Assembly (NCBI RefSeq): GCF_036365525.1
Contig: NC_090415.1
Span: 12,772,001-12,836,000, forward strand
Source: Heterodontus francisci
Lineage: Eukaryota
Length of the DNA: 64,000 nucleotides
Reading direction: 5' to 3'
How positions within the stretch are numbered: position 1 is the first letter of the stretch; the number at the start of each line of letters is the position of its first letter. The notes below the pieces were generated by a model that was not told where the DNA came from, did not search any database, and worked only from the letters and a program-made list of their open reading frames with translations. Below are positions 25,701 through 38,439 of this stretch, one piece after another. A program made the translations under genes and the position numbers.

Positions 25701-27310
25701 GCATGTGAGGGTGAGATTCACTGTCTCCAGGATGCACCCTCTTGTGAGATTGACAGAGTGCCTTTTAATCTGATAGTGGGTTCTGCTTTTGAACTTTACC
25801 TAACTTTCAGCAGTATTGATTTGGAATGGATTGGATACAATGTCTGTCTCTTCTGATTTGTTTGATTGCTGGATTGGAAATGTGTCTCCAAACTTAGGAT
25901 CAGTGAGAGTTTGACTACATCTGCTTCTTGTGACAATGCCATGAACTGAAGGCCTATGGGAGTGGTACTGTACCTTGTCTGTGATGGAAGGAGCCGACTG
26001 CACTTTCCCTTGTGCCTGGGAATCATCACATTCATTCTGCTCCCTTGAACTATTCACCGACAGAAAGGAAGAAAACTATGTCTTGTAAGTCACGAGCAGT
26101 TGAGTTGGAAGCTAGAAAAGAGATTAATGTAACATTTCAATTAATAATCATTATGACTAATCACAAATGCAAAACAAAAATACAAAGAATATCACTGTCT
26201 GATTCCACTGCAGCTCTCAGCATCTGCTGACGAGATGTCTTGGCAGTTTCACAGCAATTTTGGGACATCCAGAAACAAGCCAACATCTACACTGCTCCAA
26301 GGTTGGGACGACCTGATGGAGCAGGGATATTTGTGCAGGTCAGGTTTCTATTTCCATCTGGCATTATAATGTAATAACCTAAGAACTAGGAGCAGGAGTC
26401 AGCCATTCAGCCTCTCCAGCCTGATCCACCATTCAATAAAATCATGTCTGATTTGATCTTGGCTTCAGCTCCATTATCCTGCCTGGCTAAAAACCCATTA
26501 CTCCCTTGTAGATCAAAAAATTAACTCATCCTTGAATATATTTAATCATCCAGCCTCCACTTCTCTCAGGGGTAGAAAATTCCATAGATTAATGACGCTT
26601 TGAGAGAAGAAATTCTTCCTTACCTCCGTCTGAAATGGGAGACCCCTTATTCTGAAACTGTGCGGCGTGGTTCTTGATTCCCTCGAGGGGAGGTATCTTC
26701 TCAGCATCTACTCTGTCAAGACCCCTCAGAATTTTACATTTTTCTATAAGATTAGCTCTGATTATTACAAACTCCAATGAGTGTAACACAACCTGCTCAA
26801 CCTTTTCCTCATAACGTAACCTCTTCATCACAGGAAGCAACCGAACGAACCTTGCCTGAACTGCATCCAATGCGAAGGAGACCACAACTGTATCCGGTAA
26901 TCCAGGTGAGGTCTCACCAACAACTGACGTTTATATTCCATCCCCCTTGCAATAAATGCCAACAGTCCGGCTCTGTTTTCACTATTCACTTGTCAATAAC
27001 AACAAACAGCGTGAAATAGGAGCTAACCCAGGAACAAGCATTACAGGTTTGAGGATAAAAACAGCCATGAATTTCAACAGCAGGTTCTTCACCTTTTGTC
27101 TCACTTACGCAGTGCACACGCAGCCCAAGAAATGCCTCTGCCTTCCGCCGCTCACTCCATGTTACCGGATCACTTCCTGCCTCACTCTGTCTCTTGCAAA
27201 CAACTCGCAACCCTCCTGAACTTGCCCCAAAGTCAATGACGATCTCTGAGCCAGATTGCGGACAAGTTTCCCCAAACAAAGTGCTGCTGGAAGGAGACTG
27301 CTGTTTGCTG

Positions 27311-27480
27311 ACTTACCCCGATACTGTAATATCTCCATTCCCTCTGTTAAAAACAAACCCTTTCCCCTCTTTGAATAAATGCCGTTCAATAGCTTTGCAG
27401 GCACAGGGGAGCGCATGCGCTCAGTCGGTCAACAACTCTCAGAGGTGTGGGCGGGGCTTTACCGCGCATGCGCTTCTTTC
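27311..27480 (-). promoter_or_regulatory. Candidate promoter and first exon: two NRF1-type palindromes, GC box, downstream splice donor
   Basis: GCGCATGCGC 27411-27420 and 27464-27473; GGGCGGGG between them; minus-strand ATG at 27338 and GTAAGT at 27316-27311. Confidence 0.55.
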
Positions 27481-28009
27481 GGCAACGCTTTGAAAAACAA
27501 AAATACAAACAATTGGAACTTTATTCAGTTCAGTTTTATCACATTGTGAGCAATGGAACAGGGGCTGCGGGTAAGATAGAGAAGGTTCACATCTGGGAGA
27601 TTACCCCTTTATAAAGTTCAATTTGAGATTATTCTCTGCAGTATGTTTGCCCAGTTTCTCAAAGCAATCCTTGGAGGGAGTCGGTGTGTTTGCTGGGATC
27701 GCGCAGGATTTAATATCTGACAATAACAGTCCTAGATTCATGTAATCACATTGAAAATGTCTGTCACTGAGTGTCAGAGCGAACGGTTCGAGCTGAAACA
27801 TTGCAGAGACCTCAACAGGGCAGAAAAAAAGTTACATTTGGGACATTGTGTGACTCACTTTCGGACACGTCCTCAGATTGTGAGATTAATAATGTGGCTG
27901 CTTGTGGCACCATATAAGTGAGAGATAAGTTTGTATCGTCGGTCTCCCCGGGTGGATCTTTCGAGATAAAACGAATCTGACATTTCAGCCTGCAACTCAA
28001 TAATTACAG

Positions 28010-28665
28010 TTCAGTCAGTCTAACCTCAGTAGTGAGCAAAATATTGGAATCATTCTGAGAGACAGGATAAACTGTCACTTAGAAAGGCATCCATGAGGGT
28101 CTGTGGGCCATTCGGATTAATGTATACAGTACTGGTCTCCTTATTTAAGGAATGGTGTAAATGCATTGGAGGCAGTACAGAGAAGGTTCACGAGGCTAAT
28201 GCCTGGAATGGACGGGCTGTCTTACGAGGAAGGATTGGACAAGCTAGGCTTGTATCCACTGGAATTTAGAGTAAGATGTGACTTGATTGAAACATATAAG
28301 ATCCTGAGGGGTCTTGACAGGGTGGATGTGGAAAGGATGTTTCCCCTTGTGGGAGAATCTATAACTAGGGGTCACTGTTTAAAAATAAGGGGTCGCAAAT
28401 TTATGACAGAGATAAGGAGATTTTTATTTTCTTTCGGAGGGTCGTGAGCCTTTGGAATTCTCATCCTCAAAAGGCGATATAAGCAGAGTCTTTGAATATT
28501 TTTAAGGCAGTGTAAATAGTTTCTTGACGAACAAGGGAGTGGAGGATTACCGGGGGGTGCTGGAAATGTGAAGTAATCAGTAGAGACAAAAACTTATTGA
28601 ATGGCATGGCAGAGCAGGCTCGAAGGACCGAGTGGCCTACTCCTGATCATAATTCGTATGTTCGT
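28010..28665 (+). mobile_element. CR1 3' fragment
   Basis: ORF 28166..28447 EAVQRRFTRL; tail with TTCGTATG repeats. Confidence 0.85.
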
Positions 28666-28669
28666 ACAT

Positions 28670-30735
28670 GAGGATCGAGTTACCAACAGCAGCAGAATTG
28701 TACTCAACTGCAATCTGTAATCTCATGGCCCGGCATATCCCCCACTCTACCATTACCATCAAGGCAGGTGACCAAACGTGGTTCAATGAAGAGTACAGCA
28801 GGGCATGCCAGGAGCAGCACCCGGCATACCTCAAAATGAGGTGTCAACCTGGGGAAGCTACAACACAGGATTATTTGGGGGCCAAATTGTGTAAGCAGCA
28901 TGCGATAGACAGAGTCAAGTGATCTCATAACCAACAGATCAGATCTAAGCTCTGCAGTCTTGTCACATCCAGCCATGAATGGTGGTGCACAATTAAAAGA
29001 CTAACTGAAGGAGGTGGCTCCACAAATATCCCCATCTTCAATGATGAGGGAGCCCAACACATCAGTGTGAAAGATAAGGTTGAAGCATTTGCAACAATCT
29101 TCGCTCGAGGTGCCGAGTTGATGATTCATCTCGGACTCCTCCTGAATGCATCAGCTATTTCGATTCACTCCGTGTGACATCAAGTAACGACTAAAGGCAC
29201 TGGAGACTGCAAAGGCTCTGGGCTCCAACAATGTTCTGGCAATAGTTCTGAAGACCTATTCTCCAGAACTTGATCTGCCCCTAGCCAAGTTGTTCCAGTA
29301 CAGCTACAACATTGGCATGTACCTGACAATGTGGAATATTCCCCAAGTATGTCTTTGACACCAAAAGCAGGTCATGTCCAAGCTGGACAATCAGCCTACT
29401 CTCAATCATCATAAAAGTGATGGAAGATGTCATCAACAGTGCCATCAAACGGCATTTGCTTTGTAATAACCTGCTCAGTGACGCTCAGTTGGGATTGCGC
29501 CAGTGCCAATCAGCTCCTGACCACATTACAGCCGGAGTTCAAACATGGACAAAAGAGCTGAATTCAAGAAGTGAAGAGAAAGTGACTGCCCTTGACATCA
29601 AGGCAGCATTTGACCGACTATGGCATCAAGGAACCCTTGCAAAACTGGGGTCAATGGGAATCAGTGGGAAAACTCTCCGCTGGCTGGAGTCATACCTAGT
29701 GCAAAGGAAGATGGTTGTGGTTGTTCGAGGTCAATCATCTCAGCTCCAGGACTTCACTGCAGGAGTTCCTCAGGGTAATGTCCTCGGCCCAACCATCTTC
29801 AGCTGCTTCATCAATGACCTTCCTTCAATCATAACGTCAGAAGTGGGGATGTTCACTGATGATTCTCCAATGTTCAGCATGATTCGTGACACCTCAGCTA
29901 CTGAAGCAATCCGTGTAGAAATGCAGCAAGACCAGGACATTATCCAGGCTTGTGCTGATAAGTGGCAAGTAACATTCGTGCCACACAAGTGCCAGGCAAC
30001 TACCATCTCCAACAAGAGAGAATCTAACCATCTCCCCTTAACATTCAATGGCAATTAGCATCGCTAAATCCCCCACTATCAATATCCCAGGAGCTACCAT
30101 TGACCAGAAACTGAACTGGAGTAGCCATATAAATACCGTGGCTACAAGAGAGGATAGGAATCCTGCGACGAGCAAATAACCTGCTGACTCCCCAAAGCCT
30201 GTCCACCATTTACAAGGCAGAAGTCTGGAGTGTGATGGAATACTCTCCACTTGCCTGGATGTGTGCAGCTCCAACAACACTCAAGAAGCTCGACACCAGC
30301 CAGGACGAAGCAGCCCACTTGATTGCCACCCCATGCACAAACATTCACTCCCGCCACCACCGGTACACATCAGAGCAGTGTGTAACATTTACAATATGCA
30401 CTGCAGCAACGAACCAAGGCTCTTTCGACAGCACTTTCCAAACCCGCGACCTCAACCAACTAGAATCTCAAGGGCAGCTGATGCATGGGAACACCACCAC
30501 CTGCAAGTTCCGCTCCAAGTCACACATCATTCTGACTTAGAATTATATTGCTGTTCATTCACTGTCACTGTGTCAAAATCCTGGAACTCCCTTCCTAACA
30601 GCACTGTGGCTGTACCTACCTCACATGGAGTGCAGCAGTTCAAGAAGCCATTTCACCACAACCTCCTCAAGGGCAGTGAGGGATGGGCAATAAATGCTGG
30701 CCGAGCCAGCAACACCCACATCATATGAATGAATT
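28670..30735 (+). mobile_element. CR1/L2-group LINE, 5'-truncated and decayed
   Basis: RT ORF 29417..30058 (LDIKAAFD, GVPQG, FTDD); ATGAATGAAT tail. Confidence 0.85.
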
Positions 30736-30744
30736 TGAAAAAAA

Positions 30745-30975
30745 GTGTGGCGGTGTTCTGGAACTCACTACCTGAAAGGGTAGTTGAGGCATAAACCTTC
30801 AACTCATACAAAAGAGGTCTGGATATGCATCTCAAGTGCCGTAATCTGCGGGTTACGGACCAAATGCTGGCAGCTGGGATTAGAATAGGTGGAATTCTTT
30901 TCGGCTGGCACAGACACGATGGGCCAAGTGGCTTCTTTCTGTGCCATAAAATTTCGATGCTTCTATGATTCTAAG
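30745..30975 (+). mobile_element. CR1 3' tail fragment
   Basis: GGCACAGACACGATGGGCCAAGTGGC...TTCTATGATTCTA. Confidence 0.65.
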
Positions 30976-31965
30976 TGAATAAATATCTCTCTATCTCACC
31001 ATCCTCCAAGCCTCTCCCCCAATCCAGATCTTTCTCTCTCTCTGCCTTTTTCTCGCTATTGATGCTGTCTCTCTCCCTCTGCCTTTGGTGCTGTATCTAT
31101 GTTGGAGATACAGTTACTAAGTGTTATATGTATGCATTCTATTGTAGTACTGATAGTCTCTCTCTCTGAATATTCAGGTGAAGGTGAAATACTGTTATTC
31201 AGTGTGAAAGGGACACACAGTTGGAAATTGTAAGACTGAAACGGTCTGTCTCCCTCCCTCTCTCACCCCTCTCTCTCTTTCACTCTCCCTCTCTCTGTCG
31301 CTCTGTTGTTGTATATGAAAGAGGAATGAAGTTATTGAGCGTGTTATGGACACGCTGAAGAGACGTACGGTATTGGAACAGTGAACACGCCACCGGTGCC
31401 GCAGGTGAGACGGTCACTGTCACTTCTCCGCTCGGATGTTCGAATCTGACGGTGTGTTTATCTGTCTTCAGTCCTGAATCTAAGCACGGAGAGAACCAGC
31501 CTGTCACTGCCTGGAACAAAATAAAAACACTGTGTATGAATGTGGGATTATTGTGCAACTGGACGTCTCTCCTTGAGAATGGGATGTCTAGGACACCTAG
31601 AAAAAAATATGGATGGAATGTAGGGACAGACAGGGCATAATTTGTATTTTCACCGTCAGGAAACATGCTTGTGTGTGATCAATATAATAACATCAAAGCC
31701 GATATTGGTTTGAACAGATTCAAAGCTGTGATTGGCTCTTGACGCCAAATCTGGGAAACAGACAACATTCGCAGCGCCAGTCTCAGAGTGTTTAACACTT
31801 GCTGAGCCTAGAAAATGCAAATACCCACCGTGAATCCGCAGCACAGGCCGAGCGGAGGGGAAATCCTGTCCTGGAAATGCTAAATTTAACGACCTGAGAT
31901 TGTGTGGATGTGAATATTGTGGAAGAGAGTGTATTAAAGGGGCGGGCGCGTTAGTCTAATGCCAC

Positions 31966-32390
31966 TGTGTTTGTGGGTCTGGTCTCATCGCCGGATTTCC
32001 GAGTCCCTCTTGCGTAAAATAACAAGATTTTCCAGTCAAAGAAGCACTTTGCTCCCCTTCTAATCCTCAAAGTGGGAATTCAGTGTTGTTTGTTTGTTGA
32101 TTTCAAGATTTTAGTCGAAAAGTATGGAACATGTCAGCGATCGGCTGAGAGTCATCAGTGCAGCAATGAAACGGGTTTCAGTCGAAAATGGAGTCTTTAC
32201 TTCAAGCGAAACCTTTGTGACAGCAAACATTCTGATGTCAGAGACAGGAAGGATCTAGCCTGGGACTCTGGAATACCCGAATTTCAGTGGAATTGGAGAG
32301 TTTAGGACCAGAGAGAAACACAGAGAGTCAGCAGGAGCCGGGAGCTGACAGCAGGTTGTCTCCGCCCCGTCCGCTCGCTGCCTTTAAGTT
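31966..32390 (+). promoter_or_regulatory. H1 promoter: TG box, H1 (AC) box, GC box, weak TATA
   Basis: TGTGTTT 31966-31972; AAACACA 32316-32322; CCGCCCC near 32362; CTTTAAG 32382-32388. Confidence 0.7.
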
Positions 32391-32466
32391 GCTCAGTGCC
32401 GCCACCACCAGCTTCATTTCTCACCCAGTTCTGACTGACAGAGAGACTTTGTGCAGAGTCCTGGAC

Positions 32467-33180
32467 ATGACCGATACTGCAGCCGCCGAAACGGCTCCTC
32501 CAGCCGCCGCCGCTCAAGTCAAGACTCCCAAGAAGAAGAAAGCGGCTCCCCGGAAGGGGTCATGCGGTCCCAAGTTGGGCGAGCTGATCCTCAAGACTGT
32601 GGCGGAATGCAGTGTCCGCAGTGGGATGTCACTGCAGGCAATAAAGAAGGCTCTGCGTGTTAAAGGTGTCGATGTGGAGAAGGGCAAGTTCCAAATCAAG
32701 CAAAGTATCAAGCGGCTTGTGGCGAAAGACTTCCTGGTGCAGACGAAGGGCACGGGGGCGTCCGGCAGCTTCAAAATCGCGAAACAGGAAAAGAAGGGAA
32801 ATGTGGTGAAGAAGATTAAGACAGGAGCAGCCAAGAGATCTTTAGTGAAGAAAACAGCTGCCAAGAAACAGATAACAAAGAAAACAGCCAAGAAATCCCC
32901 AGGGAAGAAAATAGTCGCCAAGAAAGTGAGCAGCAAGAAGACAGCAGCCAAGAAAGTGAGCAGCAAGAAGACAGCAGCCAGGAAAGTGAGCACCAAGAAG
33001 GCGGAAACACCAAAGAAGGCGGTAAAGAAAGCAACGCTTCCAAAAAAATCTCCAGCGAAGAATGCCAATAAAACCAAGAGGGCCACGGGCGGAAAGCCGC
33101 CCAAGAAAGTCCAATCATCAAGGGGCGGGAAGAAGCCGAAAGCAGCAAAGGCTCAGAAAGCAGCTCCTGGAAAGAAGTGA
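32467..33180 (+). CDS. H1: Linker histone H1, 237 aa, stem-loop type
   Basis: MTDTAAAETAPP; globular domain ending LVQTKGTGASGSFKI; K/A-rich tail; ATG at 32467. Confidence 0.95.
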   Translation: MTDTAAAETAPPAAAAQVKTPKKKKAAPRKGSCGPKLGELILKTVAECSVRSGMSLQAIKKALRVKGVDVEKGKFQIKQSIKRLVAKDFLVQTKGTGASGSFKIAKQEKKGNVVKKIKTGAAKRSLVKKTAAKKQITKKTAKKSPGKKIVAKKVSSKKTAAKKVSSKKTAARKVSTKKAETPKKAVKKATLPKKSPAKNANKTKRATGGKPPKKVQSSRGGKKPKAAKAQKAAPGKK

Positions 33181-33216
33181 AACAGCACGGGAAACCTGTA
33201 GACATCTGAACCCAAA

Positions 33217-33258
33217 GGCTCTTTTCAGAGCCACCCACGTCTCTCAGGAAAGAGCTGA
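33217..33258 (+). terminator. H1 stem-loop and HDE
   Basis: GGCTCTTTTCAGAGCC 33217-33232; GAAAGAGCTG downstream. Confidence 0.95.
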
Positions 33259-33859
33259 TCCGCCGATCAAATGATCCCTGTCCCGCAGTCGTGTGCACAT
33301 TTCACCTAGAAATGATTTGAAGTAAATCCAGGTTCCCTGGTGACTCTCAACCCAGCCCTTCCTCACTCTCTGCAACAAATCAGGGATGTCCGGGCCTCAC
33401 TGTACCCGGGTATATGTTCGGTGAAGTCTCAGTTCATGCTCGTTTCAGGGTGACAGCCTGTAACACAGTAACACGGGCGAGATACCCCACGTCACATCTC
33501 AAACTCCAATACATGATTTTGTATAATTCAGCTGGGGTTCGGTTTCAGTAAACTGCTCAATCCGTCTGGGAGGAGAGGTGTGCCGAAACAGGTTGACTTG
33601 TGATCGGAAGCACTGCACTTAGGCGGGTGTATTACGAACTTTTATTTGTTACAGATCCGTATTTAGACCGCCGGTTTTTGTTACCATTGGCGATAAAGGC
33701 CGAATCTCCAAGTTTTATGCTGAGCTCTAATGTCGAGAATTGTTTTTTCTTGAATTCGCGGTTCGAGCAAGTGGGAGGCGGAGCGAGAGGATCAAAGACA
33801 TTTCTCTGCTCTGTCTGTCACTCAGTTTCCTCCAGACACGCCTCTGGCTCTCTGTCTCT

Positions 33860-33892
33860 TTCTCAGTCAGGTCGGGGCAGGCTGTATAAAAA
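33860..33892 (+). promoter_or_regulatory. H4 promoter: site-II-like box and TATA
   Basis: TCAGTCAGGTCG 33863-33874; TATAAAA 33885-33891. Confidence 0.65.
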
Positions 33893-33938
33893 GGCAGCAG
33901 AAACTGCTCGTTTCTCATTCAGAATTAGGTTTGTGTAA

Positions 33939-34259
<321 letters not shown>

Positions 34260-34289
34260 ACAAATCGACCTTGTCTACCAAAAACAAAA

Positions 34290-34305
34290 GGCTCTTATAA
34301 GAGCC
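34290..34305 (+). terminator. H4 stem-loop with atypical TATA loop
   Basis: GGCTCT-TATA-AGAGCC followed by ACCCA. Confidence 0.9.
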
Positions 34306-34755
34306 ACCCAAAACCTCATATAGAGATAAGTGACCTTGAAACTGCAGCGGGGATGTCTTGGGATGTGAAATTGTTGTAGCTCATCCAATGTTATGTGGAC
34401 TTTATCAGATCAGTATTGCATTCTCTTATAGTCACTTTACGTGTCGCACATTTTTTCACTGTCTTCTTCTGTTCCATGTTTAATAACCGCGTCATGAATT
34501 AAAAGATTGCATTTGATAATGTCCATTGCCGACCTGAATTGCCGGTAAAGATGTAGAAAAGGATTTACTCCCGTTAGAGTAAGAAATGGCCGGAGCTTTA
34601 TTCCCGCCAGAGACCGAACAGGGAATGAATCCCTATTCAAACCGTGTTGGAAGACACAGAGGGGGATCTCGGGCGGAAAAAAATGACGCTAAAAGCACTG
34701 AGATTTTATAATCGCTTCCGCCAAATTAGGTTTTCTTTCATCTTTGCGTCCTTTA

Positions 34756-35075
34756 TAATTTGAAAATGGCGGGCTTTTTGAAATTGATTCAATTTCAGTT
34801 GCATTTCAACCGGATGTTGCCGGGACTGGAAAAAATGCAGCTCTGAGGAAAGATTGAATGGTCCGTGGTTGTTCTCTCTGGCACAGAGAATGCTTTGAGT
34901 AGTTTGCTAATTTTAAATTGGCGGGCTTTTTGAAATTGATGAAATTTCAGTTGCAGTTCAACCAATCAGGGAGCAGCAATTCCCACCGCCCTTTTCCATC
35001 GTTTCAAATTGGATGATGGACGGGGCTTCATCCAATCACAACATTAGGGCGGTCCTTCGACTGTCTTAAATAGGC
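34756..35075 (+). promoter_or_regulatory. H3 promoter with a duplicated 56-bp element, two CCAAT boxes, GC box and TATA-like box
   Basis: Direct repeat 34756-34811/34908-34963; CCAAT at 34962 and 35032; TTAAATA near 35066. Confidence 0.7.
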
Positions 35076-35100
35076 AGTCCCTGAGCAGCTTCATCATTAA

Positions 35101-35541
<441 letters not shown>

Positions 35542-35584
35542 ACTGACCCTGCCCTGAACTGAGTTCGGCATCAAATACCACAAC

Positions 35585-35626
35585 GGCTCTTTTAAGAGCC
35601 ACCAAATGGACAAAAGAAAGAGTTGT
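35585..35626 (+). terminator. H3 stem-loop and HDE
   Basis: GGCTCTTTTAAGAGCC 35585-35600; GAAAGAGTTG downstream. Confidence 0.95.
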
Positions 35627-36018
35627 GATCTCTTGTTCATTCCAGCACATAAACGTCTCAGAAGGTTTTAACCACATATTTAGTCAAAGCCGGGAGACAC
35701 ACATTATATTGTCCGTCTCCGGCAACTGGAGATTTCATGACGTGGCAGTTGTAAGATCTGCAGTAGCGATACCAATGTGCACAGCGCATTTTAATAGACC
35801 GGCGATCGTTTTAGGACTGAACAAATGTTTGTGGTACATAAAGGGTAGAATGGTAAAAGTGCCTTTCCAATAGGGTCTGAGGGAATTAGAATGTATTTCA
35901 TCTGATGAGCAACTAAATACCAAAATCCAGTACACTTCATTCCAACACAAAACAATGATAACAGTGTAATATTACAGTCTCTCAGACAGTAACCAGCCCT
36001 TTCACAGATAAAGTGGGT

Positions 36019-36034
36019 GGCTCTGAAAAGAGCC
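36019..36034 (-). terminator. H2A stem-loop
   Basis: GGCTCTTTTCAGAGCC on the minus strand. Confidence 0.95.
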
Positions 36035-36064
36035 TTTGGGTTCACAGATTCAAGTCAGGCCGCT

Positions 36065-36574
<510 letters not shown>

Positions 36575-36913
36575 TCATTGTGCTGTATATGTAACCAATC
36601 AGAGAGCTGCTCAATTCACCAATCACAAGAAGACAGTGAGTTGAGAGCGGAAAATAAGAGCGCGAAATGGTCAGGCTCCCAACGATATTTCACATTTGAA
36701 AAGCCCGCCAATATATTTGTAAAACAAATGTACTTATTCGTAAATATAGTCAATCTTCAACACGGCAACCAAGTAACTGAGAACATCTTTAAATTGACCG
36801 GATTTAAACAGAGATTTACAACCGCCATCAAATATTTGCAGAGTATTCGTATTAACATAAAAAGAATTCGATAATCATGATGATGTTGTAGCTATTTCAG
36901 AGAAGTTGTGGGT

Positions 36914-36929
36914 GGCTCTTAAAAGAGCC
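36914..36929 (-). terminator. H2B stem-loop
   Basis: GGCTCTTTTAAGAGCC on the minus strand. Confidence 0.95.
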
Positions 36930-36968
36930 TTTTTGTGTTTTGGGTGTGTTTCAGTCCATTGCGGATAT

Positions 36969-37349
36969 TTACTTGGAGCTGGTGTACTTGGTGACCGCCT
37001 TTGTACCTTCCGACACGGCGTGTTTGGCCAGCTCCCCGGGCAGCAGCAGGCGCACGGCGGTCTGGATCTCCCGGGAGCTGATGGTGCTGCGTTTGTTGTA
37101 ATGGGCCAGGCGGGAAGCCTCACCCGCGATTCGCTCGAAAATATCATTCACAAACGAATTCATGATGCTCATGGCCTTGGAGGAGATGCCGGTGTCAGGG
37201 TGAACCTGCTTCATCACTTTGTACACGTAGATGGAGTAACTTTCTCTCCTGGATTTTCTCCGTTTCTTGCTGCCCTTTGTTGGCGCCTTCTTCTGAACTT
37301 TCTTGGCGCCCTTCTTGGAAGATGCTGCAGTTTTCTTCTCGTCAACCAT
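36969..37349 (-). CDS. H2B: Histone H2B, 126 aa
   Basis: Canonical histone fold; ATG at 37349. Confidence 0.97.
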   Translation of the reverse strand: MVDEKKTAASSKKGAKKVQKKAPTKGSKKRRKSRRESYSIYVYKVMKQVHPDTGISSKAMSIMNSFVNDIFERIAGEASRLAHYNKRSTISSREIQTAVRLLLPGELAKHAVSEGTKAVTKYTSSK

Positions 37350-37497
37350 GATCACGATCAACTTCAGACACAGAATAACCGAAATTTCGCTCCAAGCTCG
37401 CATTTTATAGACATCCCCAGAACCCTATGCTAATGAAGGATGGCAGAAGACGATGCTCATGATTGGCTGGTTTACAATGATGTCACTGCCTGATGTT

Positions 37498-37795
37498 GGG
37501 CGGCACAGTGGTTCGCTCCGCAGCCTCACAGCTCCAGTGACCCGAGTTCAATTCCCGGCACTGCCTGTGTGGAGTTTGCAAGTTCTCCCTGTGTCTGCGT
37601 GGTTTTCCTCCAGGTGCTCCGGTTTCCTCCCACATGCTGGTTGATAGGTTAATTGGCCATTATAAAAATAGGTGAGGATGTGGTAGGAATATGGAATTAG
37701 TGAAGGATTAGTATAAATGGGTGGTTGATGGTTGGCACAGACTCGGTGGGCCGAAGGGCCTGTTTCAGTGCTGTATCTCTAAAACTAAAAGCTAA
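37498..37795 (+). mobile_element. HE1-type V-SINE inserted in the H2B promoter
   Basis: GGGCGGCACAGTGG head and AAACT tail; empty site near 3697. Confidence 0.9.
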
Positions 37796-38439
37796 ATCTG
37801 TCTGATTGGATATCTAAAGTAACCAATCACACTTCATGCCTATCACAGCCACAAACTGACGCAGCAGTCAGATCGTCCAACCCCCTTTGCCCGCCCTTAA
37901 CCATGACTTTCTGAGTCCCTCTGTCTCTTCAACCATTTCCATTTTGCTGGTACGAACACGTCTATTTTTTCACTCTGTACATATAATTTCTCGACACTTC
38001 CATTCCTTATCAGGATGTACCGTCCCTGCTGCACTTCCGTCCATCACCAGGACGGAACCGTCCAGTATAGTTGGGGTCAGACATGGGCAAGTGCAAGCAT
38101 TGAAGTGCAAGTCTTTAAATCTATGTTGCGTGCCAAATAAGGTTGGTCAGCTGCAGCCACAAGCAACCACATGAAAGATTTATATAGTGGCAATTACATA
38201 ATTCTGGCTGAAACTAGGCGAGGCATGGGAACTTATTATTACTGGCTACAAATATTCAGCAAGACAGGTCTGCAAAAATATGGAGGGTTGTGGAGTGGAA
38301 AGAGTTGATCAAATATAATATGATAACACTGGCAGCGATGATGTTTTTGAGTTATTAACAAAAGAATCTATTTGGTCATATATACGGAATATGGCAGGAG
38401 GAAATGCATGGACATTCTGGGTCGTGTCATGTTTGTCTT

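Noticed and set aside
25800-26057. 85-aa ORF in the repeated non-TE segment as a conserved protein
   Set aside because: The paralogs have a frameshift (20.9 kb) or in-frame stops (51.7 and 63.4 kb), and there is no ATG start
32287-32466. N-terminal extensions of H1, H2A and H2B in the ORF track
   Set aside because: They overlap promoter or 5' UTR sequence; the canonical ATGs lie downstream
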